A stretch of DNA of 64,000 bases from Candidatus Melainabacteria bacterium 17Bon1m (GTDB lineage: Bacteria; Cyanobacteriota; Vampirovibrionia; Obscuribacterales; Obscuribacteraceae): the NCBI GenBank assembly GCA_032128875.1, contig JAVLKG010000001.1, positions 576,001 through 640,000 of the forward strand, in the 5' to 3' direction. Numbering within the stretch: position 1 is the stretch's first letter; each line of letters opens with the position of its first letter. The position numbers and the translations under genes were made by a program. Under the pieces are notes generated by a model. The model saw nothing but the letters and a program-made list of their open reading frames with translations, had not been told where the DNA came from and ran no database searches. Positions 10,063 to 18,968 of the stretch are shown in pieces.

Positions 10063-11382
10063 CTACCTAATTTCAAATACGGATTCTTCGTCAACAAAAA
10101 ATGGAATGTCCTTTTCGTTGAGCCCAAATCTCTCGTACATTCGTGAAAGAACTTGGTATGTCACAATGTCCGGTGTGAATTCAGTTAATCTCACAACCTC
10201 TGTGACGCTCAGATCCTCATGATTGTACATTTTAGCCTGATTTCCTATATCAAAGAATGGACTGAGCGGATGATGAGGTGCCAAGAAAACTCCCTTTAGA
10301 TGGTGATAGAAAAGCGCAATGCACCATTCCGTTTCAGAGATAGCAAAGGCTTCAATCAGTCGTCGATACATCCGGAAAAAGCTCGCTGGGAATTCAACTA
10401 CCGGGAACGGCCAAAGCAGCGGACGTGCCTTTAGCTCTTCCTCTGATTCAGAGCGGAAAAACGTTTTGCTCAACGGTGCTTCGAAGGTCATAAACCCATT
10501 TGCTAAAAGAGTTAGGGAAGCAAACTTTGGATTACCCATAGAGATTCGAGAGCCACTCTGCAGAAATGGTTCTCTATCGACTAGGCTCATATTCCAACCC
10601 GAACGTCTGTCTTCGGGCGAAGGTACTCGCAGGAAATTTGTTACAGCTGCACTCTGCAAATCCAACTGCTTAGCACTAACACGTCTAGGCCCCACACACA
10701 GGAAAAAAGAAGGCTCTGAATGCTTATTCATAAACTCCGACAAGAGCGCGTTAGCCACATCCTTTCCCTCAGTTAATTCATTTAGTGTTGTGTCGCTAAA
10801 GAAATCCACAATGTTCTGATGTAAGGGTTGCTCTCTTCGCAACAAATGTTCAATTGTGGATAGTCGCCTTTCTGTGAGGTCATTATTGAAACTATTGCGA
10901 ATCTCCAAGAATGTCATTTCTCGTTTGCCATCCTGGTATCGCTTGAGGAAGTGAGTTCCGTTTTTAAATTTCACCATGTGCGGAATTCTGGAACTTGTTG
11001 GCACTCTAACAACTACTATTTTTGCCCCATCAACCTCGCGTGCTTTGACCTCTAGCCCAGATATGCGTTCTTCAATGTGTTGAACGCAGAGATCTAAAAT
11101 CTTCTGGGTCATCTTTTCTTGGTCTTTACCGAGGGTCTGAAATCTCGCAGCTCTGCTTTGATCGTCTGCCTTGAGACCAATCACAATGTAGCCTCCGCCA
11201 GCGTTTGCCATTGAAGCAATGTCTTTGAGGACTTCAAGACTTTGCTTATCCACCTCTTTAATATCTGAAACAAACAACGGATAAGTGGTTTTGAACTCGA
11301 CATACTCATTCTCTCGTTGTCCCAGCAGGCTCCGAAGATCATCTTCTGTTAATTTATCTACGGTCTTATGTTCAAACAGCAT
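10063..11382 (-). CDS. Schlafen/AlbA_2 domain protein with uncharacterised C-terminal domain
   Basis: RENEYVEFK, LKDIASMANAGGGYIVIGL and PHMV...FLKR motifs of AlbA_2. Confidence 0.88.
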   Translation of the reverse strand: MLFEHKTVDKLTEDDLRSLLGQRENEYVEFKTTYPLFVSDIKEVDKQSLEVLKDIASMANAGGGYIVIGLKADDQSRAARFQTLGKDQEKMTQKILDLCVQHIEERISGLEVKAREVDGAKIVVVRVPTSSRIPHMVKFKNGTHFLKRYQDGKREMTFLEIRNSFNNDLTERRLSTIEHLLRREQPLHQNIVDFFSDTTLNELTEGKDVANALLSEFMNKHSEPSFFLCVGPRRVSAKQLDLQSAAVTNFLRVPSPEDRRSGWNMSLVDREPFLQSGSRISMGNPKFASLTLLANGFMTFEAPLSKTFFRSESEEELKARPLLWPFPVVEFPASFFRMYRRLIEAFAISETEWCIALFYHHLKGVFLAPHHPLSPFFDIGNQAKMYNHEDLSVTEVVRLTEFTPDIVTYQVLSRMYERFGLNEKDIPFFVDEESVFEIR

Positions 11383-11409
11383 AGGATTTTCCTGTAGGCG
11401 CGATACTGA

Positions 11410-11922
11410 TCAAAATATCCGAATGTACAACGATATGTCGGCTGTATTGTCCATGTTTCTCCACGTATGACCACGTTTGCAGAAGCCGTATCTTTCTAGG
11501 ACCTTTGCCATTCTCTTGTTGTAAGTTGTCGCAAAAAGCTCGTCTTGAAAACATTCGAGCAAGAATCTTACCATCGCCTTGGCAATACCCTCTCCCTCGT
11601 AGTGCTTGTGGACGGCGACATATCCTAATTCAGAAGTTTTATCTTCAAACTCGAATCCACTTTTCTTTGCAGTTTCGGCCGCATAATCTTTTCTAGTACG
11701 CTTGATAGCCCCTAGCCCAACTATTTCGTCGTTGTCATTTGTGACAAGTACCACTTATGGTGATACTGACAGTTCTACCGTTGCAGACTGGATGGATACG
11801 GCACCCCCGTCTTTCAAGATTTCTATGCTTGAATTTTTTTCTGCTGTGGTTATGAATTCACCTTGACCAATCAATTGAATCCATAGTCCTTCGTTGATTT
11901 GTTTTTTCGGTGTCCGTGCCAT
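11410..11922 (-). pseudogene. GNAT acetyltransferase interrupted by an in-frame TAA (11755-11757)
   Basis: ATG at 11922 reads MARTPKKQ...GGAVSIQSATVELSVSP*VVLVTNDNDEIVGLGAIK...; motif A ELGYVAVHKHYEGEGIA. Confidence 0.7.
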
Positions 11923-12118
11923 CTTGAATTCCAATCGATACAGTTTCCCGAATGCTTGCGCTTTCGATGTCTGAAGCTAATTCAGCTCGAAGAATAATCT
12001 CTTGCGCCAATTGTTACATCCCTGAAATTATAAATGGTTGATGGCTTAACTCATCAATCTGTTCAATGTAACCGATGCTTAGGAGCGAGCTATGAATAGC
12101 GATTTTGGATCACTTAGC

Positions 12119-12688
12119 TCAGTTCGCAAGGCGCCAGAACTCCAACAGCTTGTCGAAAAGACTATCAAACAGGTTCTCAGGAAGTAAATTTGCATCTTCC
12201 TTTGTCGACTTCCATATGACCGTTCTAAAGATCATTTGGGGATTTCTGCGCAGAATAACTTCATCAATGACCGAAACAGTGCAGGTTGTGCGTCCTTGAA
12301 ATGTATTGTAGTTCGCCAAAACCTCGGTCCCCTTTCTCTGATTCTGATTTACGGGCAGCAATTCAATCCCTGCTTCTTCAAATCTGTTTTGCGCGTTGTC
12401 AAAAATTTTTTTCTCCATTGCTTCATCATGGACAAGCTTTCCATTTACGGACGAGGTCACTGAGCATAGAAATCTAGCGATCTTAATGCCCTTAAGTGGT
12501 GCTGCGCGTAAGATTCGAACTGGGGGCGGCGCAGTTCCAACAATGGATGCCATTTTGTCCATATCATCAAAGAATGCCGGATCTAGCATGTCTGCGTTAG
12601 TTTGCGCAGCGGAAGCAGTTACAAATGTAATTGTCATTGCAGCTGATAGGGCACATGGTATTTGTATGGTGCCGAGTAAGTTTGTCAC
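12119..12688 (-). CDS. Hypothetical exported protein
   Basis: 189-aa ORF with signal-peptide-like N-terminus ending in ASA-A. Confidence 0.6.
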   Translation of the reverse strand: MTNLLGTIQIPCALSAAMTITFVTASAAQTNADMLDPAFFDDMDKMASIVGTAPPPVRILRAAPLKGIKIARFLCSVTSSVNGKLVHDEAMEKKIFDNAQNRFEEAGIELLPVNQNQRKGTEVLANYNTFQGRTTCTVSVIDEVILRRNPQMIFRTVIWKSTKEDANLLPENLFDSLFDKLLEFWRLAN

Positions 12689-12782
12689 GCTTTAGCAATC
12701 CTTTCGCCTGTTTGATCTATCTCGCCTTAAATAACTTCGATCGACGATTGTTAGATTCTGAGCTGTAATTGTAGCTGGTCGC

Positions 12783-14000
12783 TCATGTCGAACCAGATAT
12801 CGGCTTTTGAAACGGAACCACATTTAGACGTCGTTTGCTGCCCTTTAGAAGCGATTGTTGAGCCTTTGCCTTGGCATCACGCTCGGCGTTCTTTGCGGTG
12901 TGCGCATAGACCAGCATAGTGGTTTTAATGTCTTTGTGGTTAAGCGCTCCTTGAATGACCGATGCGTTTGCGCCACTGTTTGCCATCCATGAGGCCATAC
13001 TGCGCCGCAAGTCGTGAAGGCGTAGGTCTGTTATCTTGGCGCGCTTAAGAACTCGTGCCCACGCGCGTTTTGGATCTGCAAGATGGCCTTGATTGTGTGG
13101 ACCGGGGAATACATATTCACCCGGGGCAGCCACCATTCTTTTCTTCAAGATGGAAAGGTCAACATCTGTCAACGCGACTATATATTGATCGCCTGTCTTC
13201 GTTATTTCGCCCGGAATGGTCCAAGTACCGGTAGTGAAGTTGATGTCTTTCCAGCGCATTGCAAGCAGGTTTGACTTGCGCTCGCCGGTTAGTAAGGCGA
13301 GCATGAAAAAGTCTCGCATCACTGGATTCTCTTCCCAGTCCAGCGCGGCTTGAAGGCGTTCATACTCACCTTCATCCAGCACCCTAGAACGCGCGTTCTC
13401 CGGAAACATCGTGACGATGGTCGCAGGATTGCTGCCCTCAAAGAATCTCCATTTGATTGCTTTGTTGAACATCGCGCGCAGAATTTCAATGGCGCGATTT
13501 GCCGCGAGCGGTCCGCGAGTGTCGGCAATCTTTTGATGCAGTTCCATCACTTCGGTTGGATCAATTACAGACAGTCTTCGTGTTTTCCAGTGAGCAAAAG
13601 CTTTATCGAATGACGCGGTTATTTCGGCAACTCTTCTTCCTTTCTTCGAAAGGTGTTTCTCGACATAGTGTTCGAAGAGTTCTTCCAAAGTCATTTCTTT
13701 GTGTGATTGCCGCCGAACTTCAGCGAAGTTTTGTCCAACGGAAAGTTGCGATTGGAATTCTTGTGCTTTGGTTCTCGCCTGTTCAATTGATAAGTCTGGA
13801 AACCGGCCAATGCAAAGCCGCTCCGACTTACCTTGAAGTTTTCGCCGACAATAAAAGGTTTTTGTGCCCCCAGGCGAGACCAGGATGTAAAGTACGCGAA
13901 CCAGTTCATCAAAATAACGCACCTGTTGAGAACCAGGAGCTGGCAGTGGAAGCCGCTCGATCTCTCTTTTAGTAAAGTTGATGTAGTTGGATGCTGGCAT
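12783..14000 (-). CDS. int: Tyrosine recombinase/integrase with N-terminal arm-binding domain (P4-like)
   Basis: Catalytic R (TGERKSN), K (TKTG), HxxR (LHDLRR), H (LNHKD), Y (VYAH); N-terminal GGTKTFY...IGRFPDLSIEQAR. Confidence 0.95.
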   Translation of the reverse strand: MPASNYINFTKREIERLPLPAPGSQQVRYFDELVRVLYILVSPGGTKTFYCRRKLQGKSERLCIGRFPDLSIEQARTKAQEFQSQLSVGQNFAEVRRQSHKEMTLEELFEHYVEKHLSKKGRRVAEITASFDKAFAHWKTRRLSVIDPTEVMELHQKIADTRGPLAANRAIEILRAMFNKAIKWRFFEGSNPATIVTMFPENARSRVLDEGEYERLQAALDWEENPVMRDFFMLALLTGERKSNLLAMRWKDINFTTGTWTIPGEITKTGDQYIVALTDVDLSILKKRMVAAPGEYVFPGPHNQGHLADPKRAWARVLKRAKITDLRLHDLRRSMASWMANSGANASVIQGALNHKDIKTTMLVYAHTAKNAERDAKAKAQQSLLKGSKRRLNVVPFQKPISGST

Positions 14001-14244
14001 TTTTGGTGTACTGATCTATGGCCCCTTTGGACGGGGCAAAATTCAGAAAAGCCCCGTTCTATGGTCCGAAACCATGAAGTCCTATGGCCCCTATATGGAC
14101 CCCTTGGAATCAAGTCTTACCCCTATTGCTCAAATTTGGCAAACAACAGTGATCGCTGGAAATGCTAGTAAACATAAGCCTTTTCAACGATAATCAACGC
14201 AGAAGAAAACAGATAAAATTTGCAAAAAATGAGGCGTTCTATTT

Positions 14245-14344
14245 CTACGAACCATGAGGTCGGGAGTTCGAATCTCTCCGGGCAGGTATATAGAACGGCT
14301 TTCTCTGAGCGGCAACGCAAAGATTGAGCCGTTTTTTATTGGGG
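14245..14344 (+). repeat. attR-side copy of the direct repeat (tRNA-Arg 3' fragment plus hairpin)
   Basis: 99/100 identical to 3099-3198; lacks the tRNA 5' half. Confidence 0.93.
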
Positions 14345-14468
14345 TGGGCGCTCCCCAATTATGGGCCCTTTTGGATCAAAGTTGATCAATTGAAAAAAAC
14401 TCGGGGCCATTAACTGAGCGCGAAAAACCATAGGGTCGGTTGGCGAAAATGAATTTTGGAGATCGTGA

Positions 14469-15311
14469 ATGAACCCGAGAACGCTGCTAATTTCAGTGTT
14501 GTTCATTGTAATGAGTGTTTCAAGAGCTCATGCAGATACTGGCTGGATTTCTGATGGCGGCTCTGTGCATTTGCTTGGCGAGAATGGATCCATAAGCATG
14601 GAAAGTGAAGTTGTGAATATTCGAGTGAGCAAAAATCTCGTTGAAGCAGATTGTCTATTCAAATTCGTCAATAATGGTCCCGCATGTACAGTGCGGATGG
14701 GCTTTCCCGATCAATGTAGCGATGAGAGGGATTCAGATGACGGATCGCCTAAGGGCGCATTTCTTTCATATAAGTCATTCATTGACGGCAAAGAAGTAAA
14801 GACTGAGACGCTAAAAGGCGGCTGGGATAATGGTGCCTATACAGTCTGGCACGCTAATGATGTCAGCTTTGATGCAAACGGCCGAAGAGAAATTCGAAAC
14901 ATCTACACAGTTTGTCCGGGCTTCGCTGCAGTCTCTGAAAAAGGATATGCTGCAAAATGCGTTGCCTACACGCTGCATACTGCTTCGTCGTGGCGTGGGA
15001 AAATTCATGATGGTGTTGTCTCGTTTAATTTTGATGGAGACGTAATTCCTCTTCCTGTTGAACTAGTGGAGGAAAAAAATTCAGCAGTTGATAAAAGCGC
15101 TAGGTATGACTGGCAGCGTGCAAAACCAGGAACGCTTGTTTTCACAAGCGCTCTCTCGCCGGTTGTTGAAGGGAACTCGATTCAGTTTAAGTTTAAGAAT
15201 TTCCGGCCTTCGACGAAAGATGACATCTTCATTTTTTATGGACGAATGGGTAAGGGAGAAGCAACCAGATTTGTCAGGATGGTTGAGAAAACTTATGCCA
15301 AAAGCAAATGA
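14469..15311 (+). CDS. Secreted protein, DUF4424-like
   Basis: Signal peptide ending in AHA-D; ISMESEVVNI, FKFVNNG...MGFP, YTLHTASSWRGKI. Confidence 0.65.
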   Translation: MNPRTLLISVLFIVMSVSRAHADTGWISDGGSVHLLGENGSISMESEVVNIRVSKNLVEADCLFKFVNNGPACTVRMGFPDQCSDERDSDDGSPKGAFLSYKSFIDGKEVKTETLKGGWDNGAYTVWHANDVSFDANGRREIRNIYTVCPGFAAVSEKGYAAKCVAYTLHTASSWRGKIHDGVVSFNFDGDVIPLPVELVEEKNSAVDKSARYDWQRAKPGTLVFTSALSPVVEGNSIQFKFKNFRPSTKDDIFIFYGRMGKGEATRFVRMVEKTYAKSK

Positions 15312-15533
15312 CTATCGTCACTTGCACCGCTTGCCTTGTCCAATGGAAATTTGATCGATGGTACAAATAGAAAATTGCAGCTTGGCTCCAGCTTTGCCCA
15401 GAGTAACATTTGTTTGGTCCTAGAAGAAAAGAATGCCGTGTATACTGATCACGTTCTGTTTATGATCTGCGGTACTCGGATCCTATTCGTTCTTGAATAC
15501 AGCGTTTTGACGCCTTAAGACGACTCGGGAGTG

Positions 15534-16352
15534 CTAGTTCTGCGGCGAAGGCTCTTTCAGAAACTTGGAGATTATCGAAAACAACTCAGCTTCCGAAACA
15601 TTTGCAAATGCATGATCCGCATTCTTGAAAATGTGTTCCTGGTATTGTCCTCCTGCCCTTTTGAGTACAGCGATCAATTGGCGCTCTCGGCTCAAAGGCA
15701 CAACTCGATCGGCGCTGCCGTGTAATATCAAAACTGGCGGCATGCGTGCAATTTTGTCTGTGGGCAGAACAAAACAACCAGCCATGTCGACCACGGAGAT
15801 TACTGCTGGATTGGATGCCACCGCATGTAATGCCAGTTGAGCGCCTAAGCTGTGTCCAAGAATACTTACGCGTTTTGAATCAATGCCCGGTTGCCGCTGG
15901 ACAAACTTGATACCATCACTAATAGTTTGCAGCCACTTTCCAAAGTTTGCACCCATCTGTGCATTGTTCGCATAGGCTATACCGCTGCGATCCATGTAAT
16001 GCACTATAACTGCATTGATTCCGCAGTTAGATAAACTGGACGCCATATCTCGGAAGAATCCACCTGTTTCTTCAATACCTCCGGACCCCGGCAGAATAAT
16101 TACAGTCGGGTTGCTTGTACTCTTTGCACTGTAAAACCACTCAGTTCTAATTGAATGCCCAGCCGACATGAATGTATTGTGGTTCACTGCCTGTGTGATT
16201 TTTGTTTTGCACATGGTTGCATCAGTTGCATGCTTGTCCGCGGACCAGCAATTGGGCCCCCAGGTAATTGCGACCCAAAGTGAACTGCAAAGAACTAAGC
16301 GTAAACGTGAGACTTGCTGTACTTGGCGCATGAATTTGGAGTGCGTATCCAT
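15534..16352 (-). CDS. Alpha/beta hydrolase (dienelactone hydrolase-like), exported
   Basis: GHSLG nucleophile elbow, ILHGSADRVVP, NADHAF. Confidence 0.85.
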   Translation of the reverse strand: MDTHSKFMRQVQQVSRLRLVLCSSLWVAITWGPNCWSADKHATDATMCKTKITQAVNHNTFMSAGHSIRTEWFYSAKSTSNPTVIILPGSGGIEETGGFFRDMASSLSNCGINAVIVHYMDRSGIAYANNAQMGANFGKWLQTISDGIKFVQRQPGIDSKRVSILGHSLGAQLALHAVASNPAVISVVDMAGCFVLPTDKIARMPPVLILHGSADRVVPLSRERQLIAVLKRAGGQYQEHIFKNADHAFANVSEAELFSIISKFLKEPSPQN

Positions 16353-16431
16353 GTGTTAGTCCGGTTGTACGGCAAATTTTGCCGCTAAGCGTGAATTGTA
16401 TTGTGGTAACCATATCCTAGATGGAGGGAAA

Positions 16432-16791
16432 ATGGGCAAAACTATAGATTTGAAACAGCTGGCAGTTGCGAAGTTTCCTGAGAAGGTTGCTGCGCTGCGG
16501 ATGCTGTTTGGTTTTACCCAAGAAGAACTTGCGAGAAGTCTTGGCGTTAACGAAAAGACTATAAGGCGTTGGGAGCGCGAAGATGTTGAACCACGCGCGC
16601 AAAACAAACAAGCCGTGCAGGCACTCATAACCATTGCCGAAGCGCTCTGTGATCTGTTTGAACCAGATGTAATAAAGGTTTGGGTCGATCGTGAAAATCC
16701 GAAGTTGAATGGCGAGCGTCCCAGGGACTTTGTGAAGAGGCCTGGCGGTATCTTTATTGTGGCGAACTTACTTGGTACCGTGGGCCGCTGA
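16432..16791 (+). CDS. HTH-XRE plus Xre/MbcA/ParS C-terminal antitoxin
   Basis: GGAGG RBS; FTQEELARSLGVNEKTIRRWE HTH; WVDRENPKLNGERPRDF. Confidence 0.85.
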   Translation: MGKTIDLKQLAVAKFPEKVAALRMLFGFTQEELARSLGVNEKTIRRWEREDVEPRAQNKQAVQALITIAEALCDLFEPDVIKVWVDRENPKLNGERPRDFVKRPGGIFIVANLLGTVGR

Positions 16792-16792
16792 T

Positions 16793-16891
16793 ATGCACGT
16801 CAATCTCGCTGCGCTAAATAAGCTCCCGTCTCAAAGCATCGATGGCGAGCGACCCATGACGAAATCATGCCTAGGGATGAGGACGCAATGA
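16793..16891 (+). pseudogene. Possible N-terminal remnant of the cognate (RES-type) toxin
   Basis: ATG 1 nt after the antitoxin stop; MHVNLAALNKLPSQSIDGE... ends after 32 aa. Confidence 0.35.
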
Positions 16892-17040
16892 AGGCGTTAG
16901 AGATATTGTGGATATAGACATCCGAATATCTGATTTGTGAAGGCGCAACTAAATCCATCATTCATGCGACCAGTTATGCGTTCCGGTCAGCAGCGCCGAA
17001 TAGTCACATAAGTCAGAAGAATTAGTGAGGAGAAGACATC

Positions 17041-17592
17041 ATGAAAAGTTTAGTGATAAAGAGGCATCCAAGTCTAGTGCCACTTTCAAGAGACAACGGT
17101 GTAGGCCTTTTATGTGCGCAACGATTGCGCAAGGCTGTACGGGCATCCGCAAATGATCGCTTGCAACTGGCAGAACAAATGCGTGTAGTATTCACCGACT
17201 TGATCGGATCATTTCTGGACGATGAGTACAGAGTCTTGTCGCCTGTCATTGCCAACAACGAGTTGCGCGTTCGATTGGAGCAACACCACGAAAGTGTGCG
17301 CAGCTTACTTGCTGAGTTAGAGCAGCTCGAATCCGCACAAGATCCGGGTTTAGGCTTATTGTCGAGAATTGCTGATGTGCTCGATAATTACGTTCGCTGG
17401 GAAGAAAATACGCTTTTCCCTTGTATCCAAGAACAGCTTGACGGTTCGCAATTGGAAAAACTTTCCGAGACAACCGCTGCAATTGAAGCAAGCCGGACGC
17501 GCCCTACGCAGCAACTTCATTCTTCAGTATCTCTCGATAAGCAGTCTGGAGTGGCTGAGACCTGTGTATGCTCAAAAGCGAAAAGCGCATAG
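17041..17592 (+). CDS. Hemerythrin/HHE-domain protein (partly degenerate)
   Basis: KRHPSLVPLSRD, EQHHESVR, YVRWEENTLFP. Confidence 0.75.
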   Translation: MKSLVIKRHPSLVPLSRDNGVGLLCAQRLRKAVRASANDRLQLAEQMRVVFTDLIGSFLDDEYRVLSPVIANNELRVRLEQHHESVRSLLAELEQLESAQDPGLGLLSRIADVLDNYVRWEENTLFPCIQEQLDGSQLEKLSETTAAIEASRTRPTQQLHSSVSLDKQSGVAETCVCSKAKSA

Positions 17593-17632
17593 ATCAGTCA
17601 ATCAATAATTCCATACGATGGAGACCTAAGCC

Positions 17633-17860
17633 ATGAATATTACAATAAATACGACAGTTAAAGAAATAATCGAAGCTCGCCCTGATGCTTTGGATGTATT
17701 TTTGAAGCACGGCGTTGATGTGCCGTTGGAATGCGATGAAAGCATTCAAGATTGCGAACTGAGTCTTTGCGATAGCATGTGTCACATCGATGACGTCGCC
17801 GCTCTGATACGGGATTTGGAGAAGTTGTTCGATTCTGCCAGCATGCCTCAGGTGTCTTGA
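17633..17860 (+). CDS. Small DUF1858/ScdA-N-like protein, Cys-rich
   Basis: ITINTTVKEIIEARPDALDVFLKHGVD...C..C..C..C. Confidence 0.7.
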   Translation: MNITINTTVKEIIEARPDALDVFLKHGVDVPLECDESIQDCELSLCDSMCHIDDVAALIRDLEKLFDSASMPQVS

Positions 17861-17867
17861 TGGTATT

Positions 17868-17903
17868 CACAGTGGTGCCGCACGTGCTGCCGGGACCACT
17901 GTG
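17868..17903. terminator. Hairpin between convergent genes
   Basis: CACAGTGGT...ACCACTGTG inverted repeat. Confidence 0.45.
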
Positions 17904-17906
17904 GTC

Positions 17907-18245
17907 TTACCGCCCGGAAAACTCTTTCATGACTTGTCCGTAGCGTTTGCCGACAGAGCCGCAGACTATGTCGCACAGCTCATAAATGCTGCTGTCACAG
18001 ATGCTGTAGAAGACAAACAATCCTTGGCGTCGTTTTTGAACAATCCCCTGTTCTGCCAGCACAGACAAGTGCTTACTGACGTTTGCCTGGCTCATGCCGC
18101 TCAACTCACACAATTCCTGTACCGAACGCTCTTCCTTAAAGAGGTATTGCAATATTTGCAATCTGGAAGCGTCGGATAGCGCCCGGAAGCGGGACGCAAC
18201 GATTTCGAGCGCCGGTCGTGACAGTAATTTGTTTTTGTCTTTCAT
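17907..18245 (-). CDS. ArsR/SmtB family repressor with C-terminal CxxxC, divergent from the sulfur operon
   Basis: FRALSDASRLQIL, SQANVSKHLSVL, RRQGLFVFYSI, ELCDIVC. Confidence 0.9.
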   Translation of the reverse strand: MKDKNKLLSRPALEIVASRFRALSDASRLQILQYLFKEERSVQELCELSGMSQANVSKHLSVLAEQGIVQKRRQGLFVFYSICDSSIYELCDIVCGSVGKRYGQVMKEFSGR

Positions 18246-18286
18246 ATTGGAAAGCCCATGTTTCACTAAGTCCAGTCTACAACCCT

Positions 18287-18346
18287 TTGGTTGATTCTTC
18301 AATCAATCTTATGGTTGATTCGCTATATAACCAATTAGCGATATAG
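18287..18346. promoter_or_regulatory. Candidate ArsR operator(s) in the divergent promoter region
   Basis: Inverted repeats AATCAA-tcttatgg-TTGATT (18301-18320) and CTATAT...ATATAG (18323-18346); extra TGGTTGAT half-site near 18288. Confidence 0.5.
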
Positions 18347-18375
18347 TGAATTTGATTCCATTTGAGGGCTTCACT

Positions 18376-18951
18376 ATGTCAGAAACGTCTAAATCCTCCG
18401 TTTGCCAGCAATTGGCGCCTGCCGATCTGGCAGCAGTTGCTGGAGATATGGTGCTGCTCGATGTTCGCAGCCCGATTGAATTTGAGACGGAACACATACC
18501 TAACTCTATAAATGTTCCGCTCAACGAGCTTGAATCTCGCTGCGAGGAAGTGTCTCGGCAGGGGCAGCTCGTGGTGATATGTAGGTCCGGCAAACGAGCG
18601 GAACGTGGTGCTTACACCCTCTTAGGCAAAGGTTTTCAGCCCAAGGTGCTGGATGGTGGGTTGGTTGCCTGGCGCAAAGCCGGGCTGCCAGTCAAGGAAG
18701 GTAGAAAGATGCTTCCTATAGAACGTCAGATTCAGCTCATTGTTGGCATCGGTGTCCTGGCGGGCGTTCTCCTCGGTGTTTTCGTAAGTCCATGGTTTTT
18801 CGTCATTCCTGGATTTTTCGGAGCAGGGCTGACCTTTGCAGGTTTGTCTGGAACTTGCGCTTTAGGAATTATGTTGGGGAAGGCTCCCTGGAATGCGCTA
18901 AAAGCGCCGACCACGCAAAAGCAGAGCAACAAATCTAGTTGTTGTCCGTGA
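18376..18951 (+). CDS. Rhodanese plus DUF2892 membrane sulfurtransferase (YgaP-like)
   Basis: LLDVRSPIEF..HIP, active loop CRSGKR, LDGGLVAW; C-terminal TM hairpin GAGLTFAGLSGTC. Confidence 0.92.
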   Translation: MSETSKSSVCQQLAPADLAAVAGDMVLLDVRSPIEFETEHIPNSINVPLNELESRCEEVSRQGQLVVICRSGKRAERGAYTLLGKGFQPKVLDGGLVAWRKAGLPVKEGRKMLPIERQIQLIVGIGVLAGVLLGVFVSPWFFVIPGFFGAGLTFAGLSGTCALGIMLGKAPWNALKAPTTQKQSNKSSCCP

Positions 18952-18968
18952 CAGGCGGAGGTGATTTG

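Larger units (their letters stand above)
3099..14344. mobile_element. Integrative genomic island inserted in tRNA-Arg(ACG), about 11.1 kb between repeat copies
   Basis: 100-bp direct repeat (3099-3198 vs 14245-14344, 1 mismatch) starting in the anticodon loop; tyrosine integrase 12783-14000 next to the distal copy. Confidence 0.92.

Noticed and set aside
11755-11757. Recoded stop in the GNAT gene
   Set aside because: The codon is TAA with no recoding signal seen; a nonsense mutation or sequencing error is simpler.
14245-14286. Second tRNA-Arg gene
   Set aside because: Only the 3' half from the anticodon loop is present; it is the att duplication.
17858-17932. Sec read-through of the DUF1858 gene's TGA (a hairpin follows and the extension is Cys-rich)
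   Set aside because: The domain is already complete, the hairpin fits a terminator between convergent genes, and the extension would overlap the antisense arsR-family gene.
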